A DNA stretch of 61,726 bases, filler included, from Chiloscyllium plagiosum (lineage: Eukaryota), in the NCBI RefSeq assembly GCF_004010195.1. It is 4 parts of one record of this genome, joined end to end, with 100 filler letters (N's around TTAATTAATTAA, not from the genome) between each part and the next. Parts side by side here need not be neighbours in the genome. Positions count along the whole stretch, not along the records: positions 33,534 to 53,003 come from NC_057715.1; 3 more parts are not named here. One strand, written 5' to 3'. Position 1 is the stretch's first letter. Every line of letters begins with the position of its first letter. This document shows, piece after piece, positions 36,660 to 47,968 of this stretch. The translations under genes and the position numbers were made by a program. The notes below the pieces were generated by a model. That model had not been told where the DNA came from and ran no database searches. It was given only the letters and a program-made list of their open reading frames with translations.

Positions 36660-39600
36660 CTGCAAATGGACAAAATGACACGCCATTCATTTTGCATTAC
36701 TCCCAAGTCATCTCCCATATATTCCATTTAATCAAAATGAAAAAAAAGCTTTCAAAATATTGCTATTACCATCAATTGCCTCATCAGTTATAATAGTGAA
36801 CATCTTAATATGTTGCCATCTTTCTTCAGTTACTAGATAAATTGTGCACTAGGTTTATAAGTGACCAGCTGTAAAAAAGCAAAACGTCTAATGATGTGGA
36901 AAATACAGGTTTATAATAATCTACTGGTAATTATTGCATTAATTTCTCTCATTATATTCAAAATAGTTAATACAAGCCATAAATTTATAGTCTTCTACAT
37001 TTGTAAAATAATTCGACAACTTGTGACTACCAGTGTAATAGTGGGACAAATACTTGAAGAGTAAAAACTAGGAAGTAAAGGAGAATGAACAAGGATCCAG
37101 GATTAATTTGATTCTCTACCAAAGAGTCATGGAGACATGATAGTTGAACATGATAATTGAATGACCTAAGATGGTGGCCGCGGAATAGGCCTTTCCAATT
37201 TTCTTTTTTTTTCTTCTTTTATTTTCTCCTTTTTCATGTTTCATTTCTCTTGATTTTCTTCTTCTTTTGGCTTTTTTTGTGAAAGGCGGTATGAAGGCAT
37301 CTTCCTCGTGATCTGGAGCATGGTGACAGCTGATGGGCCTGGAATGAAACTTGGAAAACAGCGATGAGACGCTGGTGAGTCAGGAGTTTGATCTGGAGAA
37401 TGATGGTGAGGCTGCTGGTGAGTCAGGAGTGGGACCTGGAGAATGGTGGCAAGGCAGTTGGTGAGCCTGGAGTAGGATTCTGGAGTTAGCAACGAGGAGG
37501 CAGCTGGCAGGGGGTAAACATGGGAACCCGGTATCAGCTGCTACATCGGCGGAGGCTGGTGGCATTGAGGTGGTTCCAGCCCAACATCATTTGGTGGCTT
37601 TTACAATGTCTTCTTTCCTGGGATCGGCAATAAAATTGGTTCTTGGGCCGGCTTCTGTATTCCAGCAACCCGATGTGGATAGCTTACTTCAGAGGTGACT
37701 TCCAGTCTGGTGTTCCTGCAGCCCAGCATGGCAGTCTTGCAGCAATACTGTCTTTTCCAAAACGGACTTGGTCTGGGCAGTTTGCTGCGAACAATCGTCT
37801 GTTTAAAGTTTGGCAATTGTTTAAATGTGAGGGTCTTGACATGATATCCACTCTCATTGATAATGTGTTGCAGGTTGCGAAGAACATGGCATAGTTTTTC
37901 CGCTCCCAGGAAATACTGGGTAACGAAGGGTGCCCTATCGGTTGCAACCCATGTCTGTCTCCTGAGGAGGTCATTACAGTTTCTCGCTGTGGCGCACTGG
38001 AACTGGCAATTGATGAGTTGAGTATCTCATGTTCTTTTGAGGGCATCCTTGAGCATGATTGTTCGCAGCAAACTGCCCAGCCTTCAGGGCAACATCGACT
38101 ACAACATCGTACAGCCCTGTCATGTCAACCACGCAAGATGTGTCAAAGTGTCGGCATGGATACCACCATTACCCATGCGACACCACCCACCGTGTATGTG
38201 CAGGCACTTACGTGACTCGGCCAACATTGTCTAACTCATACGCTGCAGGCAAGAATGCCCTGAGGCATGGTACATGCGTGAGACCAAGCAGACACTATGA
38301 CAATGGACACTGCACAACAATCACCAGTCGGGGAACACTTCAGCAGTCAGGGACATTCAGCCTCGGATCTTCAGGTGACCATCCTCCAAAATGGACTTTG
38401 GGATAGGCAACAATACAAAGTGACTGATAGCCAAGTTTGGTACCCATGAAGATGGCATCGAGAGTGTGGTGCTGGAAAAGCACAGCCGATCAGACAGCAT
38501 CCAAGGAGCAGGAGAATCAACATTTTAGGCAAATGTTCTTCATCAGGAATGAGGCTATGAGCTGAAGGGTTGATGAGATAAATGGGAGGGTGTTGGGCTA
38601 TGGGGAAGATAGCTGAGACTGCGATAAGTAGATGGATGTGGGGGTAATGGTGATAGGTCAAACAGGAGGGTGGAATGGATAGGTGGGAAGGAAGCGGGAC
38701 AGGTCAGACTGGTCATGAGGATGGTGCTGAGTTGGAAAGTTGGAAATGGGATGAGGTGAGGGAAGGGGAAATAAGGAAACTAGTGAAATCCACATTGATG
38801 CTGTGGGGTTGAGGGTCCCTAGGCAGAAGATGAGGCTTTCTTCCTCCAGGCACGGGGTGGTTAGCGAGTAGAGATGGAGGAGCCCAGGACCTGCATGTCC
38901 TTGGCGGATTGGGAGGGGGAGTTGAAGTGGTCAGTTACAGGGCGGTGGGGTTGGTTGGTGCTGGTGTCCTGGAGATGTTCTCTGAAGCACTCTGCAAGTA
39001 GGAGTCCTGTCTCCCCAATGTCAAGGAGACCACATCAGGAACAACAGATACAGTAAATGACATATATGGAAGTGCAGGTAAAACCCTGATGGATGTGGAA
39101 GGCTCCTTTGGGGCCTTGGACAGAGGTGAGGGGTGAAGTTTGTGCGCAGGTTTTGCAATTCCTGCAGTGGCAGGGGGAGGTGGTTTGGTGGGAGTGATGG
39201 ACCTGACAAGGGAGTCGCAGAGGTAATAGTCTTTACGGAAATCGGATAGGGGTGGGGATGGAAATATATGTCTGGTGATGGGGTCCTGTTGTTGGTGGCG
39301 GAAATGGCAGAGGATGATGCAATGTATACAGAGGTTGGTGGGGTGCAAGGTGCACCGGGGGGCGGGGGTTCTGTCCTTGTTGTAGTTGGAGGAGTGGGGT
39401 TCGAGGTGTGGGAAGTGGATGAGATGCGCTGCAGGGTATCATCAACCATGTGGGAGGGAAAATTGCAGTCTTTAAAGAAGGAGACCATCTGGTGTGTTCT
39501 GTGGTGGAACTGGTTCTCCTGGGAGCAGATGCGGTGGAGGTGGAGGAATTGGGAATAAGGGATAGCATTTTTACCGGAGGTAGGGTGGGAGGAGGTGTAG

Positions 39601-42600
39601 TCCAGGTAGCTGTGGGAGTCACTGGGTTTGTGGAAGATGCCAGTGTTGAGTCGGTCACCATTGATGGAGATGGAGAGGTCCAGAAAGGGGAGGGAGGTTT
39701 CAAGATGGTCCAGGTGAACCTAAGGTCGGGTTGGAATGTGTTGGTGAAGTTAATGAACTGTTCAACCTCCTCATGGGAGCCCGAGGTGGCGCCGAAACAG
39801 TCATCAATGTAGCGGAGGAAAAGGTGGGGAATGGTGCCGGTGTAACTGCGGAAGATGGACTCTTCAACGTAACTGACAAAGAGGCAGGCATAGTTGGGGC
39901 CCATGCGGGTGCTCATGGCTACCCTTTTGGTCTGGAGGAAGTGGGAGGATTCTGATCGAGTCTGCTCTGCCATTCAATCATGGCTGATAAGTTTCTCAAC
40001 CCCATTCTCCTGCTTTCTTCCTGTAATCTTGATCCCCTTGATATTCAAGAATCTATCTAACTCAGTCTTAAATATACTCAACGACCTGGCCTCCACAGCC
40101 TTCTGTGGCAATGAATTCCATAGATTCACCACTCTCTGGCTGAAGAAGTTTCTCCTTATCTCCATTCTAAAAGGTCTTGTTTTACTCTAAGGCTATGCCC
40201 TTGGGTCCTAGTTTCTCCTACCAATGGAAACATGTTCCCCCATCCACTCTGTCCAGGCCATTCAGTATTCTTTATGTTTCAATTAATCCCCCCTCATCCT
40301 TCTAAACTCCATCAAGTATAAAACCAGAGACCTCAAACGTTCCTCATATGTTAAGTTTTTCCTTTCTGGGACCATTCTTGTGAACCTCCTCTGAACACGC
40401 TCCAGGGCCAGGACATCTTTCCTGAGATATGGGGCCCAAAACTGTGCACAATACTCCAAATATGGCCTGACTAGATCCTTATAGAGCCTTAGAAGTACAT
40501 CCCTGCTTTTATATTCAAGGCCTCTCAAAATATATTCAAGGCCATCATCGCATTTGCCTCCCTAACTACTGACTCAACTTGCAATTTACCTTGAAAGAAC
40601 TGGACTTGAACTCCCAAGTGTCTTTGTACTTCAGACTTCTGGCAAACCCATACCTATGCAAAAGAAGTGTATATCTATTCACAGTTCTCGATTTTCTGAC
40701 ACAGTGTACTTCAACAGCTTACCCAAGGCAGCGCCTGACGAAGACAATATTCCCAAGTTGCAATGTACATGGGGCATGCAAAATGATTTAGGACGATATA
40801 AGCTGCTTCAGGATCTGCTGCAAAGTTGAACTCAGAACACATCGTTACATTGCCCCTGCCTGAAAATAATAAAATCTTGAAATGGAATTAATTCCATCAC
40901 AACTTTAAAAGCCTCTTACTCTTATCAGCTTTAACAGTGGTAAAAATAAATGCTTTGCTTTTAAATTAAAACATTCATATTGCATGGAATTATCAACTAT
41001 CCAATATAATGAAATATGTGTTGATTTTAGAATCAAATGCATATTTTACCCTTTTTGAAAATGTTGCCACGCGAGACCTTAGTGCAATATTGGTCAAATA
41101 TTACAATTAAATTCAACTTAACTTTCAAGGATTAAATTTACAGATCATCAGGCCTGAGCCACATAGATTAGGATTTATATGTAACATATTGATTGTTGCT
41201 GCAATAAAGAGGTTCTACCCTAGGCAAAAGGACAGAATTTTCTACTGATGAATGTGTTCCTTATTTTGTGTGCTTACAAATATAGCTTTGGTGATTGGAT
41301 GGTTCTCAAATAAAGCACATACTGATTTGTAACAAACTCCTTTTCACTAACCATATTCTCACTCTACCTTTGGAGATTGAAGTACACGTGAAAGACATAA
41401 ATATCTAGTTGGGGTACATTTGCAATATTGGGATCATACTGTTATACAAACAGCTTCAGGGCAACGGGACTCAACTTGGGAAGCCAGTTTGTTTATTAGA
41501 GTGCTATCGGTGGTGGGAAAGGAGGGGTATGCACAATATGTTGACAGACTGCCAGAGGCCTGTCTTCAGGCTAGGTTTGGAATTCCTCCTGTCTGGGTAC
41601 ATTGTTCCCTGGTGGGCCTCGCCAGCAGTAGGCCATCCCACATGAAAAAATCCTTTCTTTTTAAACTTACCCTCATGCTTGACCACTTTAGAGCCTGATT
41701 TTCTAATCTCAATGAGGCCAGACTCCCTCCAACCTTTGCCAACCTCTGAATGACTGGGGAGTCCCAAAGGACCTGGGTCCCTGAAGGAAGTTGAGGAAGT
41801 AAGAATCATATGTGTGGTCATTCAAATCTGTTTACAGTTTTCTAGAGGTCAATGAGTGCAGAAGTAGTATCCCACACTCAACTATCAATCCCTGGGTATA
41901 GGCCTGAATTGCACTTCTTTGACCGTTAAACTTCACAACTACTCTCATTGTTTCTCTCACTCTAAGAACCTCTTCACAACCTCATCTGAACAGGAACAGG
42001 AGGCATAATGATGTTACCAGGCCCCTGGAAAAATGTGATTCACATCCCATCATGACAGATACAACTCAGGAATGAGACTGAATACTCTCTGATGGATGAA
42101 GCACCAACAACATTCAAGAAGCTTTCTACAATCCAGGACAAAGCAACCTGCGTGATTGGCACTCCATTCACTACCGTCAGCATTTAGTCCCTTTCCTACC
42201 AACACAGCAAGTAGTCCATGACCACCTACAAGGTTCATTGCAGCAACTCACTCAAGACTCCTTCATTGTAGCTGGCACAAAATTCTGGAACTCCCTTCCT
42301 CCCGAGTGCACCTACAGCACATGAACTGTGGCAGTTTAAGAAGGCAGCTGACCACCACCTTCTCAAGGGCAATTAAGGTTAGGCAATAAATGCTGCTCTA
42401 GATACAAATGCCCATATCCCGTGAACAAATAAAAAAGCTCACCATCATCTTATTGACATCCTCTACCTATCCTTCGCAGTCAGCATCTGTATCCATTGCC
42501 ATGCCCTCCCCCCTTAGTACAACACAGCTTACATAAACAGCCCTTCTCTATATGCATGAGAACAACATGGAACTCTAGGGAGAGGCAGAGATCGGGAAGT

Positions 42601-45600
42601 TGATTCCAGGCAAAGGATATTTTGATGCCTACTGGAAGGTGCACACTCACCAGATCCACTGTGGAGCAGGCATTGATTCAGGAGAGTATCAATGTTAGTA
42701 ATGAGCTGCTGCAATAGCCTGAACCTGAGAAAGCACTAATTCTCAGGCACGTCGAGAGATCTGATCCTCTGCCCATATAAATGTTGCTAATGTCACTTTG
42801 TTCCAACTGGAACACTATGACTACTCTTTCAATGCTGAAGTGACCTGTGCAAGTGGACATGGCAGCTGCTGTTGCTGCTGCTCCTAAGAGGCCAAAGTTT
42901 GAGTTGAATGCTGCTTTCATGCTGCAAAATCAGGCTCTCATAGCAAATAACACATACTATTCACGAAGGAACAGGTAATGCTGAGGATACAGGGAGAACT
43001 TGGACTGGGTCGGAGAGTGGGCAAAGATGTGGCAAATAGAATACAATGTGGGGTGTGTATGACTTTGGTAGGAAGAATAGAAGCATAGGCTATTTTCTAA
43101 ATGGGGAAAGGCTTCGGAATTCTGAAGCACAAAGGAACTTAGTAGTCTTCGTTCAGGATTCTCTTAAGGTTCAGTTGGCTGTTAGGAAGGGAAATGCAAT
43201 ATTAGCATTCACTTCAAGAGGGCGAGAATACAAGAGTAGGGACATATTTCTGAGGCTATATAAGGCTCTAGGTAAAAACAATGACTGCAGATGCTGGAAA
43301 CCAGATTCAGGATTAGAGTGGTGCTGGAAAAGCACAGCAGTTCAGACAGCATCCAAGGAGCAGGAAAATCGACGTTTCGGGCAAAAGCCCTTCATCAGGA
43401 ATACAGGCAGAGTGCCTGAAGGGTGGAGAGATAAATGAGAGGAGGTGGGGGTGGAGAAAGTAGCATAGAGTACAATAGGTGAATGGGGGTGGGGATGAAG
43501 GTGATAGGTCAGAGAGGAGTAGATAGGTGGAAAGGAAGATAGGCAGGTAGGACATGTCATGGGGACAGTGCTGAGCTGGAAGTTTGGAGCTGGGGTGAGG
43601 TGGGGGGAGGGGAAATGAGGAAACTAGTGAAGTCTACATTGATGCTCTGGGGTTGAAGTGTTCCGAGGCGGAAGATGAGGTGTTCTTCCTCCAGGTGTCG
43701 GGTGGTGAGGGAGCAGCGGTGAAGGAGGCCCAGGACCTCCATGTCCTCAGCAGAGTGGGAGGGGGAGTTGAAATGTTGGGCCACAGGGCGATGTGGTTGA
43801 TTGGTGCGGGTGACCCAGAGATGTTCCCTAAAGCGCTCTGATAGGAGGCGTCCAGTCTCTCCAATGTAGAGGAGACCGCATCGAGAGCAACGGATACAAT
43901 AAATGATATTGGTGGATGTGCAGGTAAAACTTTGATGGATGTGGAAGGATCCTTTAGGGCCTTGGATGGAGGTGAGGGGAAGGTGCCAGGACGGGAGGGC
44001 GGGTTGTTGGTGGACGTGGACCTGACCAGGTAGTCACGGAGGGAACAGTCTGTTCGGAAGGCAGAAAGGGGTGGGGAGTGAAATATATTCAGGTGATGGG
44101 GTCTGTATAAGGCTCTGGTCAGTTCCCATTCGAAATATCATGAGCAGCTTTGGGGCCCATGTTGGCCTTGGAGGTGGGTCAGAGGAGGTTTACAAGAATG
44201 ATCTTGGGGATGAAGGGCTTATCAGGATGAGGAGTTGAGGATTCTGGATTTGTATGAGATGGAATTTAGAAGTATGATGAAAGATCTTATAGAAAATTAT
44301 AGAATACTGACAGGCCTGGATACAATAGACGTGGAGAACAGGTTTCCAACAATAGGACAGACTAGGACCCAAGGGCACAGACTCAGAGTGAAGGGATGAT
44401 CCTTTTGAACTGAAATGAGGAGGAATTTCTTCAGTCACAGGGAATCTGTAGAACTCATTACCTGTGAATGCCAAGTCACTGAGTGTTTTTAAAACAGAGA
44501 AAAATAGGTTCTTGATTCATAAGAGGATCAAAGGTTACAGGGAGAAGGCAGGAGAATGGGGTTGAGAACCATATCAGCCATTGAATGGTAGAGAAGACTC
44601 GACAATACTGCACCTTTATCCTATGGTCTACTGCAAATACTGGAGATCAAAGAAGAGTCATATTGGACTCAACACAGTAATTTGGTTTCTCTGTCTACAG
44701 ATCTTGGCAGGAAACTGTTGGGTTTCTCAAGCACTTCCTGTATTCTTTTCACACTGCGAGTTCTTGTGGATACAAACTTTTCACATAGGTTGGTCAACTT
44801 TCTCTATTTAAAGGATTTTCAGCCAGCCAGTTTCACTTATCAATGGCTTGTTACTGTATTCTCACCTCATTGACCATGGTAAATTGTACACTGCTTGAGA
44901 AACTTGTGTGCTGGTTTTAAAAGTCAGAACCTTGGGTAAAATCTGCAAAAGGCTGGCTACTTAAATATTTAAATTACATGATCAGTGGATCTGTGTAGTT
45001 CCTACACCTAGCTAACTGCATTCCAGCAAAAGTCAAAAGTAGACAGAATCATGCTGCATCCCCAAATGCCAGTCTTTTCAGGACTTTAACATCCATTTGC
45101 ACCTATTTCCATCACCATCGGCAACACCTACTTCCACTTTCCCACATTCCGAGTCCATCCTTCCCCACTCTAGTTTTAGGAGTTAAAATTCCACTCATGG
45201 AATATGTTGTGTACAGTGAGTTAAATTTCTTCTCTAAGAAACAAGTATTTTCAGATTTTCTCTAATAACTGTAAGGATGATGGGTTGCTAATCCATAAAG
45301 ACAAGAAAGTGATCATGTTTGATTTATGTTTACTCCTGTCAGCTTGGGGAATATAGGGGAGAAAAACAGTCCACACTACATTTCTATTGTAAGTATAAGG
45401 ATTTGAATATCAGATGAGAGTCATGTCGAGTTTAGGTACGAAGCCATATCCTCATGCCTGATGAGGGCTTATGCAAGAAACATCAATTCTCCTGTTCCTC
45501 ACATGCTGCCTGACCAGCTGTACTTTTCCAGCACCACACTCTCAACTCTGATCCCCAGCATCTGCAGTCCTCACTTTCTCCTAGTATGAAGCCAAATGAC

Positions 45601-47968
45601 CTGGACAGAATGATTCAAAAGCTGTACTACATACTTTCCATATTTCCTCCCATGATGTATAGATGTCTCAACTTTGTTGGAAAGGTGGGATCCATTTTAG
45701 ATGCCAGGGCAACATTTGTCAGGGGACCAACAGCCACAAGTGAGACCTGTTGAGCAAAGAATAAATTCTTAGCATAGTGACTGATAGTATCGTTATAATT
45801 GGCTTGTACAACTGGGAAGCTTAACAGGTACAACAGTAAGTTCATTCCTTTTTCAGTTTTGTGTAGTCCTTGTTCTAAGATTTAGATTTACAATCTGGTT
45901 TGTTTTATCAGTAGTTTGAATTCCAACCTGATGTTCAAAAATTCTTATTGGACTATCCTTGTCACCTCATTAGAATCAACTTTGTGCAAAATCAGACATC
46001 ATCAGCCATGCCCACAAAAAGATGAAAGAACTAAGGATGCTGGAAATCAGAAGCAAAATCATAAATTGATGGAAACACTCAGCACGTCTGGTAGCATTGG
46101 TGGAGGGCAAGCAGAGTTAATGTTCTTCAAATCCTGCAGAAGGATCACCTGAACTGAAATATTAGCCTGACTTTCTCTCCACAGATGTTAAATTTTTCTA
46201 GCAATTTCTGCTTTCGCAGAAAATATTGACCATAATGGCAGCCAAACTCTAGACAGCTAGATGTGAGTAGTGTTGTTGGCTATCTACTCTACCTAGCTGG
46301 CTGTGGGATATTGTTGTTACTGCAGAATGAAAATGCATTTTAAAGTTTCCATCTGAATGAAGTGATAAGGTACAGAAAGAAACTAGTTCTTCTTGAGAAG
46401 GAGTATAGTGTAAGATATTAAAATTAAATCTAAGTCAACATTGGTGTTTTCGGAAAGCACATATTCACATAAATTGTAATAGAAATCTATAGACTTTTTT
46501 CCTACAAGGCTGTTGAAAGTAGTTAAATTGAAAACTTCATAACTGAGTTAGTAATTTTTTTAATTAGTTAAGTGTTTAAAGGGTTACAGAATCAAGGCAT
46601 TAGATGTCATTAATATGCCTAATAGCCATGATTTACTTGAACAATGGAACAGGTTTCAGCGCTAACTGAGCTAATCTTGTTGTCTGTTTATCCATTAGAA
46701 CTTTATTTCCTGATGCACATCCACCTCACCTCACCAGCATGTTCAGTGGCTATTCTTATCATGGCATTCACTGCATGTTCAGCTTGTATGAGTTCCAACC
46801 CTGGAGCACTAGGATCTGGAACATCACCCAGACCATCCTTTCCATGGTAATGATCTGCATTTAACTGATGTCCAAGGAGAGAGGTTCCTGCACCTCGGAA
46901 CACAGGAATCTGTAATTATAAAACAAACAAATTTACTGACTCTTATGGGAAGAATGCAGTTCACTAGATTAGATTACATTACAGTGTGGAAACAGGCCCT
47001 TCGGCCCAACAAGTCCACACCGCCCCGCCAAAGCGCAACCCACCCATATCCCTACATTTACCCCTTACCTAACACTATGGGCAATTTAGCATGGCCAATT
47101 CACCTGACCTGCACATCTTTACGACTGTGGGAGGAAACCGGAGCACCCGGAGGAAACCCACGCGGACACGGGGAGAACGTGCAAACTCCACACAGTCGCC
47201 TGAGGCGGGAAATTAGTTTTCATAATTTGGTAAGATCAGGATGGGAACAGGAGAGCAAAAGAAACAATTGCCTTATGCATCAGAATTTTGACCATTGGAA
47301 CCTGGTTTAACGTCAAATTCTGACCTATCCGTCTCCTCCCCTTGATATCCATACATCCAGCCTTCCTAAGGCCAGCTGTTTTGATGCCTTATTTCTTTGA
47401 TTTAATTTAGATTGTTACACGTAACATGTAGAACAATTATTTTTCCTTTGTATTGAATAATTATTTTTAAGCAGCAGATCACACAAAAATATGCACCCAG
47501 TGGACAAATATTGTACAAGTACTGAATCGCAGTACAGACTGAACCTGCGATTCTTTTCTAAAGGGAAATTCATGAAGTTGTCAAACATTTGAAATAAACT
47601 AGAAGGCTTGTAAATATTTAGAGATAAAAAAAGTGGATAAATTCCCCCGTGTGTGAGATTCATATTGAGCTACATAGAGACATCATGGTTGTTAGGTTCA
47701 CCATAAGGTGTATCTATTTCCCTTAGAAGTACTAATAATCTTTCTTAAAAATATTGTATTTTTATCCATAATCATCATCACATACCTCTGTCCTCTGGCA
47801 AACCTTCAGCACTCGAAGTACATTTTTGCACACATTTTCAATTCTTGTGTTTCCGTGAGTACATGTTATACCCAGGATCTGCACATTTGAAGCTGCAAGT
47901 GCCATCATCATTGCTTGGGCATCATCCACCCCACAGTCAAGATCTAACAGCAATAGCTTTTTTGCCAT
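36312..47968 (-). CDS. Inosine/uridine-preferring nucleoside hydrolase family protein, 5 coding exons, 960 nt, 319 aa (gene span)
   Basis: Exons 47968-47786, 46909-46730, 45746-45635, 40859-40723 and 36659-36312 join in frame through GT-AG introns (183+180+112+137+348 = 960). Motifs: DLDCGVDD, GN, HGKDGLGD, GPLTN, MGG, GN...EFNFAADPEAA, CD. Confidence 0.95.
37329..37502 (+). repeat. Degenerate ~43-bp tandem repeat, about 4 units
   Basis: Units start at about 37329, 37371, 37414 and 37457 (GCTGGTGAGTCAGGAGT...GGAGAA). Confidence 0.7.
37773..38458. mobile_element. Third Penelope-like family fragment with inverted junction
   Basis: Minus arm gives PNFKQTIVRSKLP; plus arm restarts at IVRSKLP (about 38058) and continues into a decayed GIY-YIG (RCRQECPEAWYMRET). 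Confidence 0.7.
38460..39953 (-). mobile_element. Penelope-like element in hydrolase intron 4
   Basis: VAMSTRMGPNYACLF, RYIDDCFG RT motifs; same family as 10985-14810. Confidence 0.9.
39954..40640 (-). mobile_element. CR1 LINE 3' fragment
   Basis: LVRPYLEYCAQFWAPYL, FFSQRVVNLWNSLP. Confidence 0.88.
40723..40859 (-). CDS. Nucleoside hydrolase coding exon 4
   Basis: ttttcag|GCAGG...CCTTGG|gtaagc; 137 bp, phase 1/0; (S)RGNVTMCSEFNFAADPEAAYIVLNHFACPMYIATWEYCLRQALPW. Not in the ORF track. Confidence 0.95.
42960..44620 (+). mobile_element. CR1 3' fragment interrupted by a Penelope insertion
   Basis: YFLNGERL...EYKSRDIFLRLYKAL breaks at 43270 and resumes at 44106. Confidence 0.8.
43270..44105 (-). 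mobile_element. Penelope-like element 3' part with 11-bp target-site duplication
   Basis: TATAAGGCTCT at 43259-43269 and 44106-44116; GIY-YIG remnant; intact hammerhead core at about 43371-43398. Confidence 0.9.
45635..45746 (-). CDS. Nucleoside hydrolase coding exon 3
   Basis: caacag|GTC...GAA A|gtatgt; 112 bp, phase 0/1; VSLVAVGPLTNVALASKMDPTFPTKLRHLYIMGGNME. Confidence 0.95.
46730..46909 (-). CDS. Nucleoside hydrolase coding exon 2
   Basis: ttacag|ATT...GAG|gtgagg; 180 bp; IPVFRGAGTSLLG...YHGKDGLGDVPDP...EHAVNAMIRIATEHAGE. Confidence 0.95.
46965..47210 (-). mobile_element. V-SINE (HE1-like), head truncated
   Basis: Reverse complement of V core and tail. Further copies at about 48055-48390 (-), 50907-51192 (+), 59620-59985 (-) and 61575-61726 (-). 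Confidence 0.85.
47786..47968 (-). CDS. Nucleoside hydrolase coding exon 1
   Basis: ATG at 47968 (aaaATGG context), GAG|gtatgt donor; 183 bp; MAKKLLLLDLDCGVDDAQAMMMALAASNVQILGITCTHGNTRIENVCKNVLRVLKVCQRTE. Confidence 0.95.

Noticed and set aside
36660..36686. ORF-track start MACHFVHLQ, and similar extensions at 45747-45845 and 46703-46729
   Set aside because: Intronic read-through beyond the splice sites of hydrolase exons.
41420..41698. ORF containing YAQY, similar to a late SR-B1 exon
   Set aside because: No following hydrophobic transmembrane segment or other similarity; coincidental.
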